A stretch of 64,000 bases of DNA from Trichosphaerium sp. ATCC 40318 (lineage: Eukaryota; Protista; Tubulinea): contig JALMLS010000225.1 of assembly GCA_038496445.1 (NCBI GenBank), positions 62,001 through 126,000 of the forward strand, read 5' to 3'. This document shows positions 51,998 through 64,000 of this stretch, piece by piece. A program made the position numbers and the translations under genes. Position 1 is the stretch's first letter. Each line of letters starts with the position of its first letter. The notes below the pieces were generated by a model. The model was not told the DNA's origin. It saw nothing but the letters and a program-made list of their open reading frames with translations, and made no database searches.

Positions 51998-53385
51998 TCA
52001 CGTGTATTTTTTTAAAAACAAAGTCACAGCCGTTACAAGTTTTTTGCATTCGGTTTCACCTTTGATATAGTGATCCGCGCTATCCAAGTATAGTATTTCT
52101 ACCTCTGCATTAATGTATTTCTTCATTCGGTGCGCATGAGCCTATTTTTCGTTATACACAAAAGAACCGGAGATAGCATGTTTGAAAAGGATTTCTAAAG
52201 GCGCTACAGTGTCCGTTGCGTACATGAACGTCTATATTATCTGGTACATATGAATCGCTGCCCGATACAATTTGTAAGCATGGTACATTTATATGGCCGA
52301 GGTTCGATGCTAGTTGAGCGTCTGTAAAGTCCCTGAAAGGATGTCAATGTGCAAAGAAAAGCAGATTATGAATCTCGTAGTACGAAGAAAATATATCGTC
52401 TTCAGTGTCATTGCCAGAGATGCTAGCATAACGATACGCAGTGATTGGAGCTTCATCACATGCTCGAGGCATCAACTACGACAGTAAGGGAAATAATTCA
52501 AAAAAACTACAAGTTCACTAAGAAACGTCTCACCTCGTCTCCTTTCCCTTCTTTAATCAGTTTAGAGGCTAACTCTTGGTACTGTTCTGTATCTGCTAGT
52601 GTTGCCATGTATTCTCTATCACTTATAGCGCCCTAAAACCCAGTAGTGTTAACGGCAAAACTAGTTTGAGGCAAAACGCCTTCACAATACTTGTAGGACC
52701 AATCCCTTTATTTTTTTAGCGTAAATACCACCTTTGAGGTAAGTGACGACGTCTTGTGCTCCTGTGCTGTAAATAGAGTCGCGTTAGAAGGCAAACTGTA
52801 TCTTTCTACTTTTCTTTGTAAACGTTCGTCCGCAAACACGTGACAGGGGTTGAAACACGTGGGTAATTCATAAAATAGTATTGTTCTAAGAGTAGCATGT
52901 CGCATGAAATTCCAAAGCACACGTGCCTGAACCCAAATAACACTATTGATTCTGATCCTTCGTTGTCTATTAGATACTTTACCAACTCATCTATTTCTTT
53001 GCAGTCTCTGTTTAGTTGGTAGTGTTGTGTGATTACATAGTCTATTGGGGACATACTTTTGTATGCTGGATGTGCCATAGCCAAGGTACGACGAAGATAA
53101 TATCATTTGGACGAGAGAGAATTGATTTTTGTTCAATTCAACTGCAAGCGGTTCTAGATAGTCTGAAGCTAATTTACCAGTCAATTAATCGCGTTACGAG
53201 GTTATTAGCAAGCCTTTCCGTAAATACGCACCAAGAAAGCCATCTGTCAAACCAGGAATGTAAACGACATGCTTCTTAAACGTTCCTATGATAAACGCTG
53301 AAAGTTTCGCGTCATTGTAGCGAAAAAGGCGACCTGCAAAGATGTTAGGCCCGAAAGAACGAAAAATGGGTGGACTACCTTGCAT
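51998..53385 (-). CDS. DUF1749 (UPF0613) alpha/beta hydrolase
   Basis: VYIPGLTDG, LSSSYLGYGTSS, GFSTGAQD, AISDRE, PITAYRY and DDIFSS. Confidence 0.88.
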
Positions 53386-53684
53386 CACGATGTGGTGGTA
53401 ATAGCGCGCAGAAAATTTGAAGTCTCGAAGTGTCTAGACATTGCCACAGCGCGGTAAGTAACTACATACGACCAACTAAACATAAGAAACTGCTGTTTAT
53501 GGCCTATAGACATCATTAAGCGAGCTCATCGGAAAATACGCTATTCGAGCTGCAATTACGTTGATTGGTTGCTCTGGGCGTAGCGAATGAAATGTTGACA
53601 CATTGCAATGGACCGTTTTGTGACATTTTCCAACAAGAGCTCGTTTAAGTTAGCGCCAGTACACTATTTCAAACTGTAAACGCT

Positions 53685-55104
53685 ATGGGCAACACAACAA
53701 GCAACCTACCAGGCGTATCAGCTGAAGATGCTTTGCGCGTTAGAGCCAATTACAAGAAACGCCTCGCGCAAACCTTCAACGTATCTGAGGATGCAGTTTC
53801 AGATGCTAAAGGCGACAACACATCATTAGGGATCGTAGTTCGAATAAACGAAGACGCGGCAAAAGCGCTATCCGAACAAACAGGGCTAAAAATCGTTCCA
53901 CATTATGTCATAGTATCTCATGGAGTGGCTCCTAAAACTGGAAACGAAATAGTAGCTCACATGGATTGTACTGAGGAAGAACTAGCCAAAGTAATTCCAA
54001 AAGTGCGTTACTTGGTAGCACTCGCGTAGACATCACTGACGTTACTTTGCAATTTAGGTGTTATCCGATTTTGCGCTATTTCGTTCTATGCAAGAAAGTA
54101 CAATTTTTAAGCCTAACGAGAGTGCTCAGTGCATGGCCTATGCTCCAGCGACATACCCAGAATCAGGGGATAAGGGAGTTATGATTTTACCCCAGCCTAT
54201 CCTTACTGGAAGCGAGGGAGAAGGCTTTTTTAATGAAGCAGATTATTGGCCACGTCAATTCTTGACAGTCCATTTTCTCCGCGCTACAGAGTACAACGCT
54301 TTGAGATGTAGTGTATCAGTACTAGCTGATATCATAGCCGAGACGAATCCACTTCTTATGAATTCTCCAACAAGATCTCACTACCTCAAGGACGAGCCAA
54401 TTAAGACAAAGTTTGAGGAAGCAAGAGAAGCAGCTCCAGTAACCCACATGTCCGATGGTCTTACTATGGATTTAGCTGTTAGAAAGGATAAAGAAGGTGG
54501 GTGGATACTTAATGTTGTCACTAGCGGTCGTTGTATGGCACATATCTTGTTGCCGCTTGAACAAGCTTTTGACAAGAAAAAAGTACCTACTGGATCCAGG
54601 GTTGGCGCTTCAGCCGAAGGAGGAGCAAATATTGTAATGTTCCATTGTCATGACAATGAAGGCGTAGAGATTACTCCTGAGACGGCGCACTTTATAGTAG
54701 AGCCTTTAGGGTACTCCAATGACGGAGGTAAAAGCTTAATGAAGGACTTGGATGACGATCTTGCGAAGAAATACTCTGTTCTTCCACCAGGCGAGTTGTA
54801 TACTGCACACAAGATGATTAGAATGCTTCGTGTTCATGTTTATGCTCCAGCACAGATGTTGGCTCGTATGGTACTTGATGTTCGTACTGCTGTATCTTCA
54901 AGGAGCCCTGACTGGGACTCGAAGCCTCTTGTTATGAATTGGGATGATTTATTCAAAGGTGTGGATCCTAGGACAGGGTTTAAGGATGATGTTGTGCCTC
55001 AGACAAAACCTTCAAAGTTTCGATTTTGTTGTGGCGGTATGAATTATTTTCAAGATCAAGTTTATATAAACTCTGAAGGTGAATTTTGTGGCCTTTCCGA
55101 ATGA
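53685..55104 (+). CDS. Hypothetical protein, 2 exons, possible N-myristoylation
   Basis: Long ORFs joined by one GT-AG intron (~54003..54057); begins MGNTTS. No family recognised. Confidence 0.75.
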
Positions 55105-55404
55105 TTTTTGTTCAAACCAATAAAAATAATATTATTTTTAATCAAATCACGTGTGTTTTTTTAGAGACTGAGTGAAAGTACTATGCGACTGTGTGCTAGG
55201 ATCAATGAAGGTCTTAAGTTTCTTGCTGGAGTTCGTACAACTGCTGTAATTATAAAATGAAATCACTTGCTGGAGTACATGCCATTTCATGAGATTCTGC
55301 AGTTTTTGGTATGTGACATTTTAGACTATGCGAAATGAGTTGGAAGTCAGTTGGATATATCTTTATTTGTTTCAATCAGGTACTTTTGAATAAAGAAGTC
55401 ACAG

Positions 55405-56507
55405 TTACCAATATGTTTGTGGTCTTTTTTCACGATATGCTTTGAAACGTTTATCGAGTGCTACCCTTTGATAAAGCCTTAAAACCTTTGCAACCGTCCT
55501 GAAAACTGGTACCTTGCTTTTTTTAGATTCGGCAGTTCATTTGTCATGGCACAGTCCGTGTCAAAGTCATCAGTAAACCTAGCAAATATAATATCAACTA
55601 AGCATATTTTATCACCAAGCAAGTAAGTTCCCTTGATAGGCAAGTCAACAAACAATCAACTGTCCAACAAAAAATCAAATGAAAAGACATGTCCACAGTT
55701 TAACAAGCTTTGGAAGCACAAGGTACTTGTTATCTTCAAAATTCTACTATGGACACTAACCAAAAAGTATCAGGTACATGTATCATACCTGATTTTGGGC
55801 GTAGTATCTTTCAATGACTTCAAGCTTGCTCGGTATAGTTTTCATAAACTCGCCAACTTTAGCATACATCTCATCTTCTCTGCTATTCTTTGTTACATGT
55901 GTATACATTTCAAATATATCATTGAAGTAAGCAGCTAATATTAAAGTTAGATATTATGGGAGAGGTGTAAAAGAGACAAATGTACAAAAAAAGATGATGA
56001 AAAATAAAAAAAGGTGTCGCAGCACGTGCATAATTGGTCGATGAGAATACCATCAGCGTTTGATTCTCCATAAAACCCGAATTCTCTAGCAAGGAAACGA
56101 AATATTGCTGTCGATTCAGCATAGAGAGCAACTACTACAAATTATGTTAAGAGATCTAGGTACTCATCTTTTGGGACTTTGGTTGAGCAATGGGTTTACC
56201 TGTATTCTCGGTTTTGACTTCAAGTGTTGGTAGTTTACCGAAGGGAGTATGAGGTTTGAATGTCTTCCATTGTTCTTCAGTAAGGCGTTCATCATTAAAC
56301 TCTACAACAACGTCAAAAACAACAGTCTCCTAATACTAAGCCTTGTTTTAATGGTTGCTAACATTGTAACACAAGTTTAAATACATCTGCGCTTGTACAT
56401 TGGTAATTTAAGGGTGATATTGTACCTTTATTGGCTGCAGCGAAGATATATCTTGCTATCTCTGCACGTCTGCGTATGTTAAAGTAAGAGAGCTTATAAG
56501 ATGTCAT
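55405..56507 (-). CDS. Glutathione S-transferase (sigma-like)
   Basis: YKLSYFNIRRRAEIARYIF, TPFGKLPTLEV and YREKRP. Confidence 0.8.
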
Positions 56508-56770
56508 GTTGGGTTCAGTTTGATGCTGTACAAAGCAGCAAGTTAAGTTCAGAAAAGTTGACACTTTTTCTCCCGTTGTACCCATCAGTCAAGCTAAACA
56601 GTGGGTCGACTCTTGGCCGCAGAATTTTAAAATGCAATTCGCCTGGATGTTTAACTTGCATGATACACGATAAGATCAAGGCAATTTATTCCTGTTTTTT
56701 TCTCTTTAAAGGATAATGTCAATGTTTAACGCTTTGACCAGCGCCTGTATTACAAAGAACACAACTACAA

Positions 56771-57706
56771 TCACCACTCAGAAATGATTCTGTTTACTTT
56801 AACCCCTTCCATAGCTTCCGTTGTAATATCACTCCATGTACCCGTAATGTCAAGCGTTTTTAGAGATGTCAAGTGTTTCAAACAAGCATCTGTGAGGTCA
56901 GGACATTCATGAACAAGAAAGTACTCAACATTGACCATGTGCTTTAAATGATCATCTGTAATATCACAATAATAAAGGCGAAGTGCTGTAAGATTACTCA
57001 ATTGTTTAAACCCTGATTCTGATATCATACAGCAAGAATCAAGTGCCAGGTGCTTGACACGTGTCAATAATTTCAATCCGTCATCTGTCAATACCATGTC
57101 ATGGTCACAACTTCCAACTGTATTACTATCTTCAAGATACTGAAGCCATTCAAGTTTCAGGCCTTCAAGAGTGATGCTGTGTACACCTTTGAGTGTTTTT
57201 ATTCCTTCAGAAGTAAAGTTATTACTATGTCGAATCGTAATTGTGTGTACACCCTTAAGAGCCTTTAACGAAGCATCTGCTAAATGTTTATATCCATTTA
57301 TTAAGTCAAGTATGCTTATAGCTCTAGGAAGGTTGTCAAGAACACTATCAGCTGTGATTACACTCCTTCCAAGGTTCAATGTACGAATACCAGCAAGACA
57401 AGCAACATCAGTATTGGATAATAATAAAGAGCCACAATCAATTGTTGTATTCTTCAGTAATGGGTGGCCTTTCAGACCATGACAATCAAAGCGATCCTTC
57501 AATTTTATACAAACAAAGCCGACATTGTAATAGATAATGTCATTGAACAGTTCAGAGACTTCAGATACTGTAAATCGTGATTTTCTGTCTAAATACCGTA
57601 GAATATGTGTTATTATCTCTGGTGGGAATGATGTAAGCTCGTTAACATGCAAACATTGCGAAGTAATTGCTTTGGTGGGTTTCTTCCGCTTTTTTGCGTT
57701 CTGCAT
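56771..57706 (-). CDS. Intronless F-box/LRR protein
   Basis: LTSFPPEIITHILRYLD..SRFTVSEVS F-box followed by LRRs. Confidence 0.88.
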   Translation of the reverse strand: MQNAKKRKKPTKAITSQCLHVNELTSFPPEIITHILRYLDRKSRFTVSEVSELFNDIIYYNVGFVCIKLKDRFDCHGLKGHPLLKNTTIDCGSLLLSNTDVACLAGIRTLNLGRSVITADSVLDNLPRAISILDLINGYKHLADASLKALKGVHTITIRHSNNFTSEGIKTLKGVHSITLEGLKLEWLQYLEDSNTVGSCDHDMVLTDDGLKLLTRVKHLALDSCCMISESGFKQLSNLTALRLYYCDITDDHLKHMVNVEYFLVHECPDLTDACLKHLTSLKTLDITGTWSDITTEAMEGVKVNRIISEW

Positions 57707-57951
57707 TCTTATTTTGCTTGTAGTTGTATGTGTTGGACAGTCAATCTATGTTTTAACGTATTTGACCATATTTTATGTTTGACTGTTGAGCACCGGTGAT
57801 TGAAAATATCAGCCAAAATCTGTTTTGATTTTTAACTAACGTACTGTTCCCTTTAGGTCAATTTCTCAGTCGCAACGAACACAGGTGGTAGTAGCTTGTT
57901 GTCAGAACAGAATTTGGTATAGGAGAATTTAGGTTGGTTTATTGCAACAAC

Positions 57952-59191
57952 TCAGTTGGCCCAGTTAATGTCACCTGAGTTTGTTTTCGTATTCCAGGTG
58001 ACAGATGTTCCTGAAGCGAATTTACGAGTGTAAACATCTCCTTCAACTGTCGCTGGACCAAGTGGATTTCCAAGAGGCTTTTCAAATTGAGGATCCCATC
58101 CGTCACAGCCCAGAATACATCCTTCTTCAACTGCAAGTAAGAATAAAATGATGTCTCTTTGAGTACAAGTAGACTCTGTTGTTGGTGGTTGATTCGTTGC
58201 GTGATCGTGTACCATGAAGTATACGTAAAGTGCGCCACTTTTGAAAGCATTTTGGACATCATTTATAATCGTAGACGGAGAGCGCTTACCTACGTGTGTC
58301 ACCTCCGCTGTTGTATTGTGAAAAATAAAACCTTCCTTTCCGAATAGCTCATAAATCCCATCCATCAAGAGTTCCTTTCCTTCGTTGTAAGCATTCGCAT
58401 CAGCTTCTGATATCTCTCCACATGATATATCCCATGTCTTACCATTGTTGTATTCGCAGAGCTGCCTAAGATTATGACGTCAACAAGGATGGTACCAAAT
58501 CAACTGATACATGTTGAAAAAATAAAAAGAAGAAGCAAAAGAAAAGAACCTGGAAAGTTCAGAAGAAGATTTCACCACGCCATAACACATACCAAATATT
58601 TGACGACTTGTTGTATTGTGCCCGAATGGTAGCCTTGTCAGGGAAAACACCATCGACTTTTTTATCAGCCAAAAACTTTAACCACATATCACGTGTCTTT
58701 TTCTTCCCTTGATCGAATGCGTTTATGCCAGGCATACCGTTGTCATTTTTAATGGTTAATAATTTACCATCAGTCTTAACGACATCTGCACCAATAGCCA
58801 ATGCCTGTTCGTGTAAACTTATGAATCCAAAGTCGTACAACGTGTTTAAATAGAAAACAACGGATAACTTTGGATTAATTGCCCGTGCTGCGTTAATGGT
58901 ACTCTCTTGGTATTTGTCGGCACCGCAAGACGCTTGACAAGGCAGTGGTGGCTTTTTTGTCGCATTGGCAAGACATTCGTCCCAACAAGGTCCTTCCCAC
59001 TTTTCTATCACTATCATACGCATTTTAGCGAGCATTTCAAGGTTTTCTTGAGATCTGTGGCTCGAGTTCTGACCACCGAAGTAACCAACAGGTATCGTGG
59101 ATAAAGAAACATCTGGCGGCACTATACATACCACGTGGATGACGAATAAAGCGACAAGTATCCCAGCAATTCTGTTTGTTTGTTGTAACAT
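57952..59191 (-). CDS. Secreted putative glycoside hydrolase (GHL15/GH168-like), 2 exons
   Basis: Signal peptide, ARAINPKLSVVFYLN, DGVFPD and EKPLGNPLGPA....YTRKFASG. Confidence 0.7.
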
Positions 59192-59618
59192 TTGTGTAAA
59201 CTAAGAACAGTATTTCGAACTAATTTGACGGTTTTTTGGCTCGTTTTGTACATCATCATAGAGACTTTAAATTATGCTATTATGATCCGTCTCAAAAAAC
59301 CACGTTACTGGTTGTAATACTGTACAATCGAAGAGACCTATAGCTGTAGGCTCACCTCACATGTAATATTTTACACGTAAGATGACATTGCAGTAGTTTA
59401 AAAACTAACACGGGTCTACTTCTAAATAAGGAAAGTGACCCGAGAATCCAAATACCATCAACTCAAACTAGAATAATAAAAATAGAGCTGAGCATTGCAC
59501 GAATATTCTTAATATGGTTAGTAGACATTAATGGTTTACCGAGGAATGATTTCTAAATGGAGAATCAAATCTTAATTGTTGCTTGTTTCATCACAAATCA
59601 AAATCAAAAACAACAACA

Positions 59619-60393
59619 ATGACAACAGCAAATGATAAACTCGGATGTACTCCAAATCTCACTTACATTCAACTTGGTAAACTTGGAGGACATGGTGGTC
59701 CAGTCAGGTAGTCCAATCTAGTACAACGACCCAAACTCAAGCTAAAAACCTGTTTAGGTTCTTCATGTTATTGAACGGCATCAAGTTTATTGAAGAGATT
59801 ATTGACTTTCCAAGCGATTGGCCTGAAAAAAAGAAGGAGATAATCAATAGTGGATTAAATCCTTTTGGCGGTGTTCCAATATTGCACTTAAATGGTAAGG
59901 ATAACTCTTTCGTGTTTAAACAATCTAAGAAAATGATGAGGTCTTAACATGTGCGAACATGTACCAATGATAAGATACATGGCAAAGAAACTTGGTAAAT
60001 ACAGTGTTGATGATATCAAAGACTATCATACTGATAGGGCTGCATCTGCATACATTTCTTATCGTGATGCTTGGGTACCTGTTGTGTTGGCAGGAGGAGA
60101 TAAGCAAAAGTTTGGTGAATATCAAAAAACACAACTCAAAGCTTTTGACACCATTTTGGGTCAAACTGAGGGTGATTACTTCTCAGGTACAACATACATT
60201 GGTTATTGTTCAATGTTAACTTTCTTGCACAGGTAAAGAAGTTTCTTTCGCTGACATCTTGGTTGCATCAATGATAAGAGATGTGTCTTTGACTGTTCCT
60301 GATTCTCTTGACCTCAAACCTGTACCTCGTTTGAGCAAGATGTACAATGCTGTTATTTCTCTTGGTCCTATCAAGCAATGGATTGACGCCTAA
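59619..60393 (+). CDS. Glutathione S-transferase
   Basis: NPFGGVPILHLNG, EHVPMIRYMAKKLG and YFSGKEVSFAD. Confidence 0.8.
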
Positions 60394-60605
60394 ATGCCTC
60401 TGCACAAATAAAGTATCAGCTTTTCAAATAGCGTTGTATGTTGGCTGTTCTCATGAACGTTCTACAAAAAGACTTACACTTGATGCTCATTGTTATACCA
60501 AAATTTGCTTCGTCCAGTTCTATTACCATTAATCACTTGTTCCTTAAGTATATTAATCATGGCACATAGGGCTAAATTATTGTCAACTCTGTGAGTTAGC
60601 GCTCT

Positions 60606-61620
60606 TTATTCTGCTATGTACAATTCTAATCCTTCTAACACATGTGACAGATTAATTTGGTTTTTAACAACTTCAAAAGACGATTCATGTTCTGGGAAGT
60701 AGCGCTTCAAAAATACTTGAGCAACTTCCAAAGAGCACACTTGTACAACGATATTACTAAAGAAGCTCTCATTACACTTTACAAGACGAACAAGTGGAGG
60801 ATTGTCAGTTGCACCGTCTGATTTGAAAGTAATGATGAAATCATTGCCTTCTTTTTTCGCTTGGTTACCAGTTAGCAAAGACCATTGCTTTGCTGCTTTA
60901 TCCATATCAGATACTTTGAATACTAGCTCTTTAACACGTAGTATTCCAAGCGGGCCACCATTATTATCCTTAATCTTCTGTCCATCAGCCGCCCAAGCAC
61001 GTTTGACGTCATGGGCGTATTCCAAAGTGCTAATAATCTGAGAAGATGAATGTCCTTCAACGCCAGTAACTAAATCACATTCATAAGCGGGACCACCGAA
61101 GTCTGGTGGATACACCAAGTTCCTAGGAGGAATGGTTAAAGGAAATAAAAGCGAGAATATGTTGTACTTGTTTTCTTTGATCATAGTTTCAAACAGTTCT
61201 TTTGGTACTGTTATTTTCATCGTTTCTTTAATAGTAACGCCTTCTCCTACTGTTAAGTCACCTTCATCAGGCATGGTTTTAGTATTGAGGGCAAATATCA
61301 CATTCCAATACTCCGCACCAACAGCTGGTTTTCCTGTAACTTTGTGACTAAGAAAAAACAAAGAAACAAAAGTTTAGATAAATTTAACGACTTGTACCTG
61401 GTGTTGGATTTAGTGGATTGTCTGGTAGTAAGTATACTGGCTGAATATTCATATTTCCCAAGAATATCAAACCAACTTCGTATCCAAGAGCAGGAGAGCC
61501 TTTGTATTCCCACATTGCTGGTAGACCGAAAATATACTTAAGTGTCCTGAATATCGACGGTGCTTTGGCTTTTGAGCATAAAGGTGCAACAATAGAAGGT
61601 CTGTAGAGATATGTTGTCAT
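60606..61620 (-). CDS. VOC/glyoxalase-like protein, 2 exons
   Basis: LGILRVKELVFKVSDMDKAAKQWSLL and NIVVQVCSLEVAQVFL fit beta-alpha-beta-beta-beta modules. Confidence 0.55.
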
Positions 61621-61982
61621 GGTGTTGTATAAACGTTACCAATGTGGAATGATTAAGTGAGTGCACAACAAAACGTGCACGGCATGAATTGTAATATTCC
61701 ACTATGGAGCACTTTGTATCGCTGTTTTGAATATAGAAACATGCCCTTCATGTTGTTCAATAGCCTATGTTTATTCAAATCCACAACGGAGCTCCGGAAT
61801 AACAATATCACCGATCGGGCAATCTTATGTCACCCAGGATTGAAACATGTAGATGCTGACAGAAACTACCTCAACGCAACCACCCAGCATCACCCTGTCA
61901 AGAGAAAGACCTATCCTTTGGATGACCTAAAATCATGTGACTCTAACTTTGTTTTTTCAATAAGAATTTGACAATTTATTAT

Positions 61983-63350
61983 TTAAAACCAATGTTTCAT
62001 CGCTGGGTATGAAGTCAAAGTCGACACATAACAACTAAAAGCATATGGTTGAAGCCATAGGCTAGAATAACTTGCTTCGTGTAAGTAATAAAAGTCAGCT
62101 CCATAAGGTGGTTTAGTGGCGACTAATTTCCCCCCTTTACATTTGTACCAATTGGTATAATAACCGACAATCAAGCCTTCAAACTGTTCAAATATTCCTT
62201 GGAATCTTCGAAACTGGACTTTATCCACAAAGATAAACTCTGCAGTCTTACATATTGCTCTTATTCCAACTTCAGTTATGGACTTGTTCTCAGAAATGTC
62301 AATCGAGTTTATGCCAGAAAATGAACACAACACTTCATCATTCACCGTTGGATCACGTCCGTCAAAGTTCTTCACATCAGATATGTATTCAAATCCTTTG
62401 TTTGTCACACCTGAAAAGCCTCTATATTTCTCTACTATCAGTAAGTTCTTTACGCCTGATAAGGCTTTCAGAGTATTATCTGTTACACCAGTTATTGCAT
62501 TTAACCCAACTTCAGTCAATTGAAGTGAATTGTAGTTGCTATAAAAAATCAAATGCCTAATACCTGCCAAGTGTTTAAGTCCTTTGTCTGTTATCTTCAT
62601 TCCATTTAAAGACAGACACGTGACTCCTGAAAGATGAGAAAGAGTATCATCTGATATTTCAAAGTCTACACATGGTAAAAATACAGTATCTGCTCCAGCA
62701 AGGTGCTGAATGGCGTTCTCAGAAACCGTAGAGTCATCTAAAGCAATTGTATGAACACCTTTAAGTAGCTTCACACTTTCATTAATACGCGTATTATTCA
62801 GTAAGATAGTGTGAACACCAACAAGTGCTCGTACTCCCTTATCTGTCACTGAAGTGTCACTTAGATCTATCGCATAAACTCCAGTAAGTGCTGCAATACC
62901 TTCGTCTGTAATATTCTTACAAGCATTCAGGTCTATTGTGCGAATACCAGCGAGAAGTTTTAGATCATCATCATTAACCTTGGTACAAGAAAGATCAATT
63001 TTACGGACATTATACAAAGCCAGCAGTCCGAGTGTAGTCACATTAGTATGCGGAAGGATAAGTTCTCTCACTGAGCCACAATGTTGAAGAATGACATCTG
63101 TGGGATCTTCTCGCTTGAAAATCATTCTAGAATTTGAAATGATAATACCAGACTTCTTCATATCATGTATGTTCACGCCTGTTGGATAAAGGTATTTGTA
63201 CCCAACGAGGTCATACAGAACACTCTTCCATATCTTACAAGTCAAAGAGACTGCACAACGTGACTTGTCATGAAGAAATGACAAGATGAGAAATAAAACA
63301 TCAGCTATTAGCTTGCTAAAGAGAGGTTCATGCTTCAGAAGTGGTCGTTT
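61983..63350 (-). pseudogene. Intronless F-box/LRR gene separated from its start codon by an LTR insertion
   Basis: F-box LFSKLIADVLFLILSFLHDKSRCAVSLTCKIW plus LRRs. The frame runs into the LTR with no upstream ATG before a stop. Confidence 0.75.
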
Positions 63351-64000
63351 TGTAAGAACGTAATTTAACCTATCTCCGTAATCTCGGAGATTGGTTCCCT
63401 TGTATCTTATATCACCCGGAGATCACTATCTCACGGGAATAAACAAGTTAACAGCTCCTCTCTCGTACTCTTTGGATATAAACCTCCCACATAATTTGGC
63501 GATACGATCTGGATTTATTTACCTGCGTTAAATTTCTTTTCTTTTTTCTTTGGCGATAGATATTACACTAAACACTTGACTGGATACTAAAACTATGTCT
63601 GAGGCTGATAAAAAACCTAAACTTAAGAAGCGCACCGCGAAGAAGACGTCCACTCCGAAGAAAACTAAATCTAAAGGCAAGCACCAAACTGTAAAGCCGA
63701 AGGATGGCACTGTAAAGCTTAAGAGCGCCGGTAAAGTACCAACTCCGGTATCACCGAAGGGAGATTCTCTCTCCAGTACCGACTCACCGCGTGACGTGCC
63801 ATTGCCGTCTACAGCTCAAGGTGGTGTTGAAGAAAGTCCGAAAGATGGCTTTGATCTTTGTAACCCAAGAACGCCAGAGGGTAGGCCTTTGTACTCTGCT
63901 CGGCGTAGACAAGAGATCCTAAAAATACTTCCGCACCAAGTAAAGGGGGAAGGCGGAGTTCGTATTGTTGGCGTTGACTGGTCTAACACTGTTCCTCTCG
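63351..64000 (+). mobile_element. 5' end of an LTR retrotransposon (LTR ~63351..63491, PBS-like site at 63497, gag-like ORF)
   Basis: TG...CA boundaries (tgtaag...cccaca), AATAAA at 63438, TGGCGATACG just after the LTR, and a shift to higher GC. Runs off the window. Confidence 0.7.
63595..64000 (+). CDS. Putative gag/ORF1 N-terminus (partial)
   Basis: Intronless open frame MSEADKKPKLKKRTAKK... continuing to the window end, downstream of the PBS-like site. Confidence 0.55.
   Translation, partial: MSEADKKPKLKKRTAKKTSTPKKTKSKGKHQTVKPKDGTVKLKSAGKVPTPVSPKGDSLSSTDSPRDVPLPSTAQGGVEESPKDGFDLCNPRTPEGRPLYSARRRQEILKILPHQVKGEGGVRIVGVDWSNTVPL

Overview
AT-rich eukaryotic genomic DNA with dense genes and many short (about 40-100 nt) spliceosomal introns. 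The gene content (tectonin, RGS-kinase, GH28, NRF-6) suggests a free-living protist, possibly an amoebozoan; this is an inference. About 20 ordinary protein genes are present. The main result is at 5.1-17.1 kb, a U2 snRNA locus. One U2 gene is intact (16892..17086, -). A second appears to have been split at U2 nt 39-40 by a ~7.8 kb insertion (7460..15259). The insertion has a 5-exon tyrosine recombinase at one end, transcribed inward, a decayed mucin/CUB cargo gene, and its own copy of the U2 3' part that rebuilds the interrupted gene. This resembles prophage integration at tRNA genes and fungal Starship architecture, but at a spliceosomal snRNA. Three orphan 26-bp copies of U2 nt 15-40 end at the same junction. 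Other points: the left end of an LTR retrotransposon inside an F-box/LRR gene, a TRRAP fragment joined to an AlkB pseudogene, GC-AG and one apparent GA-AG intron, and CACGTG enrichment. All calls were made by eye with no database searches; gene ends and exon boundaries are approximate unless stated.
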